Source: a virus. From it: DNA of 64,000 nucleotides. The number at the start of each line of letters is the position of its first letter. Within the stretch, counting starts at the first letter, position 1. The notes beneath the pieces are model-generated. The model made no database searches and was not told the DNA's origin. It saw only the letters and a list, made by a program, of their open reading frames with translations. Made by a program: the position numbers and the translations under genes. The stretch is from the IMG/VR virus record IMGVR_UViG_3300009082_000002, positions 1 to 64,000 of that record; one strand, given 5' to 3'. This document shows positions 61,417-64,000 of this stretch, in pieces.

Positions 61417-64000
61417 ATGATCCTCGCAGCGCGCAAGCTAGGTCCGATGGATGCCATCTTCCGGTCGATGACCGACGAGCAACTTGCGACCGCGAAGGCG
61501 GTCGCTCGCGAAGCTCTCCAGTGGTCGGGCGTACTCAAGGCGGCAGATGTCTATCTCGGCGTCGACGAGGATCTCTCCGCGACGCTCCTGCACAAGTGGG
61601 ATGCCAAAGCGAAGGAGCAGATTGACAAAGGCGCCAAGGTGCTTGCGAAGGCGCAGAAGGGCGAGGTTGTCCAGTCCACGCTGAAGGGTACGTTGTGGAA
61701 GCTCGGCAAGGTGATGGGCGAGGAGTATGGCGAGGCCGTGTTGCCCGACTTCATCCGCGCGACGCTACTGACCTGGAGTCTGGCAAGCAAGGAAACGATG
61801 GGCCGACTTCAGCTCAAGTGGTCAACCGAACTTGTCGACCAGAACGCCGCAGCTCGGCTTTCCAAGTTCCACACCTATTGGGTCGGAAAGCACTACGAAA
61901 CTAGCATTGCGAATTCGCTCCAGATCGCCACGCGGCAGACCATCATCGAAGGCGGACTTGCTGGCACGCAGGCAGCCAACGCCTTCCGCGACATCGCCTC
62001 GAAGTACTTGGCCGGCAAGGGCGAGTCCTTCCCCGAGGTTCCGAAGGGCTGGACTGGCACGACGGACGAGTACTTTGCTGGGCTCGCGAATCACGTCGGC
62101 ACACAGGCCCGCGTCTTCAGCCGACTCGAATCCTACGAGCGCGTCGGGATCACGACCTACACCATCGTCGCCGTCCTCGACAACCGGACGAGCGATATTT
62201 GCCAGATGATGCACGGGCAGACATTCACGGTCGAGCAAGGTCTCGGCGTCGCGGAGACCTGGACGGAGGAGTACACTCCAGAGGCAGTCAAGGAGAAGGC
62301 CGGCTGGATGCGCGCGCAGGACGCAGCCAAGCTCGCCGGGCTGTCGGACTACAAGCCCGGCACGGTCTCACCAAAGATCAGCCCGAAGGGAATGGACGCA
62401 CTGGCCGAGGCTGGCATGGCGCTTCCGCCGTACCACTTCCGCTGCCGGACAGACATCGTCGCGGAGCAGGAGGTCATGACCTTCCCGAGCGGCGGCGAGC
62501 CGACTTACAAGCCGGTGAAGCCGCCGAAGGCCGAATCGCCGAAGCCGCCGCCGGCCGCGCCTACGCCGCCATCCAAGGCGACGGGCGGATTCCCGTGGCA
62601 GATGTCCCAGCTCACGTCGGTTGAGAAGTCCGCGAAGGGAATGCACGCCAAAGCCTTCTTCCACGACCCGGACGGCAACGAGTGGATGTTCAAGCCCGCG
62701 CCGGAGGGGCTGCGTTTTCGTGCAGAGGTCGAGAAGCTGGCTGCCGATGCGGCGCGCGCGCTCGAAGTCGACACGGCCGACGTCTTCATGGTTGAGCACG
62801 AAGGAAAGATCGGGACGATTCAACGCCTCTTCAAAGACATCAAGCACGACGGGCTCACCAAGGTCGGCGTCCAGGGCTTGACGCAGGAGCAGGTCGCACA
62901 GCTCCAGCGCCAGCACATTTTTGACTGGCTCATCGGGAACAACGACGGCCACATCGACAACTTCCTCGTCTTGAAGGACGGCAAGCTCGTCGGCATCGAC
63001 CGAGGGCAGGCCTTCCGCTATTTCAAGACAGACAAACTCGCGCTCGACTACAACCCCAATGCGCGCTATGGGATCAAGGTCTTCTACAACGACGTCTTCG
63101 CAGCGGCACGCGACGGCAAGTTGCCGACTGGCGTAGAGATGCTCGGGCTCGACGCGCCGGAGATTGCCAGTCTGGTTAAGAAGGCCGAGTCGCTGTCCGA
63201 CGAGCAGTGGCTTACGATCTGGCGGCCGTACATCGACGGCGCGATGAAGAACAAGAGCCTCGCCTACGGCTCGCGCGCCGCCTTTGAACGCGAGCTACTT
63301 CGACGGAAGAACCAGCTAGGGAGTGATCTCGACGAGTTCTATCGCGGCCTCCTCGGAAAAGGACGCGCGGCGCGTCGGACAGCGGAGACGCAGAAGGGTG
63401 TCCTGACTCCGGTTGACAAGTCCTTCGTGAGTGAGATGCAAGCCGCGAAGAACCGCGGCAAGTCCGTGCTCGTCGCGTCGGAAGAGATCGAAAACGGCAA
63501 CGTCCTCGTCTACACCTACGCGGACGGGACGGTCGTGGTCGAAGGCAAGATGCGGAAGCTCGCCGACGAGATGGTGCGGGCGCAGCTTGCTGGCCCGCAG
63601 GCTGCGGGCGCAACGCCGGGGACCGACTCGCTGTGGGACGACGTGCTCTCCTGCATCAAGTCTTTCAATCACCATCTCGGGCCAGGCGGCAGCGGTACGA
63701 TCCCGGACAGCAAGCAACGTCTTTTCGTGCGGACGCTCAACGCGGCAAAAAAACAATGGGCCGAAGGCTGGACCGTACCGGGCGGGACGCAGGCTGGACA
63801 GATGGGTGAATACTACGTCAAGCTCCTCCAGCAGTATGGGACCGAGTCGCTCGGGATGCGGCTGACCACAACGACAAAGAAAATGCTCGGCGTCAAGAAC
63901 CAGCCGTTCAAGGTGCCAGGCGTGAAGGCCAAGGCACTCGCTGGTCGCGTGAAGCGGTCGAGCATCGAGAGAATCTACGAGGAGGAGCGCAAGCTGGTCC
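61417..64000 (+). CDS. MuF/SPP1 gp7-type head morphogenesis protein fused to a HipA/PI3K-like kinase domain (3'-truncated by the window)
   Basis: Translated by hand; the frame is open to the window end. MuF motifs AVLDNRTSDIC (62170) and PPYHFRCR (62425); Pro-rich linker; WMFKP, DWLIGNNDGHIDNF, GIDRG. Confidence 0.85.
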   Translation, partial: MILAARKLGPMDAIFRSMTDEQLATAKAVAREALQWSGVLKAADVYLGVDEDLSATLLHKWDAKAKEQIDKGAKVLAKAQKGEVVQSTLKGTLWKLGKVMGEEYGEAVLPDFIRATLLTWSLASKETMGRLQLKWSTELVDQNAAARLSKFHTYWVGKHYETSIANSLQIATRQTIIEGGLAGTQAANAFRDIASKYLAGKGESFPEVPKGWTGTTDEYFAGLANHVGTQARVFSRLESYERVGITTYTIVAVLDNRTSDICQMMHGQTFTVEQGLGVAETWTEEYTPEAVKEKAGWMRAQDAAKLAGLSDYKPGTVSPKISPKGMDALAEAGMALPPYHFRCRTDIVAEQEVMTFPSGGEPTYKPVKPPKAESPKPPPAAPTPPSKATGGFPWQMSQLTSVEKSAKGMHAKAFFHDPDGNEWMFKPAPEGLRFRAEVEKLAADAARALEVDTADVFMVEHEGKIGTIQRLFKDIKHDGLTKVGVQGLTQEQVAQLQRQHIFDWLIGNNDGHIDNFLVLKDGKLVGIDRGQAFRYFKTDKLALDYNPNARYGIKVFYNDVFAAARDGKLPTGVEMLGLDAPEIASLVKKAESLSDEQWLTIWRPYIDGAMKNKSLAYGSRAAFERELLRRKNQLGSDLDEFYRGLLGKGRAARRTAETQKGVLTPVDKSFVSEMQAAKNRGKSVLVASEEIENGNVLVYTYADGTVVVEGKMRKLADEMVRAQLAGPQAAGATPGTDSLWDDVLSCIKSFNHHLGPGGSGTIPDSKQRLFVRTLNAAKKQWAEGWTVPGGTQAGQMGEYYVKLLQQYGTESLGMRLTTTTKKMLGVKNQPFKVPGVKAKALAGRVKRSSIERIYEEERKLV

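Larger units (their letters stand above)
1..64000 (+). mobile_element. Segment of a large tailed bacteriophage (Caudoviricetes) genome or phage-plasmid
   Basis: Terminase large subunit, portal and MuF genes, a phage-type replication/recombination block, and dense co-oriented small ORFs with overlapping stop/start codons. No host housekeeping operons and no integrase in the window. Confidence 0.95.

Noticed and set aside
9231-61419. AGGATCGA before starts at 9251, 16364, 25184 and 61417
   Set aside because: Most simply an AGGA Shine-Dalgarno variant, and GATCGA is very common in this sequence.

Overview
The whole window reads as part of a large, GC-rich (roughly two-thirds GC by eye) tailed-phage genome. 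Almost every gene is on the + strand and translationally coupled. Layout: (i) 1-4.9 kb, a lambda O-like initiator gene (5'-truncated, carrying its own iterons), a DnaC-like loader, a DnaB-like helicase and a DnaG primase; (ii) 5-25 kb, a CobS/CobT-like AAA+/vWA pair, a WGR protein, a sigma-like factor, DnaE, a UvsY-like protein, a gp32-like SSB, RecA, SbcCD, a Holliday junction resolvase, a 5'-3' exonuclease and UDG; (iii) 25-40 kb, an amidase, a methyltransferase, several apparently degenerate host-like folds (ADP-ribosylhydrolase, HAD, Rrf2), a Topo VI-A-like protein and a collagen lipoprotein; (iv) a ~1.1 kb non-coding region at 39.9-41.0 kb; (v) 41-57 kb, many small early-type genes, a beta clamp, more methyltransferases and repeated strong promoters; (vi) 57.7-64 kb, terminase large subunit, portal and a MuF head protein that runs off the end. 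No integrase, tRNA, rRNA or CRISPR array was recognised. Three observations stand out. First, the 14-bp iteron CAACGTGCCAAAGG inside the initiator gene recurs as a second array about 40 kb away in the non-coding region. Second, four unrelated proteins share an N-terminal MPTL(D/E)(E/D)(L/I)RxRF tag that is conserved at the protein level. Third, the MuF protein is fused to an intact HipA/PI3K-like kinase domain and is missing from the ORF track. All calls come from motif recognition by eye; no searches were run.
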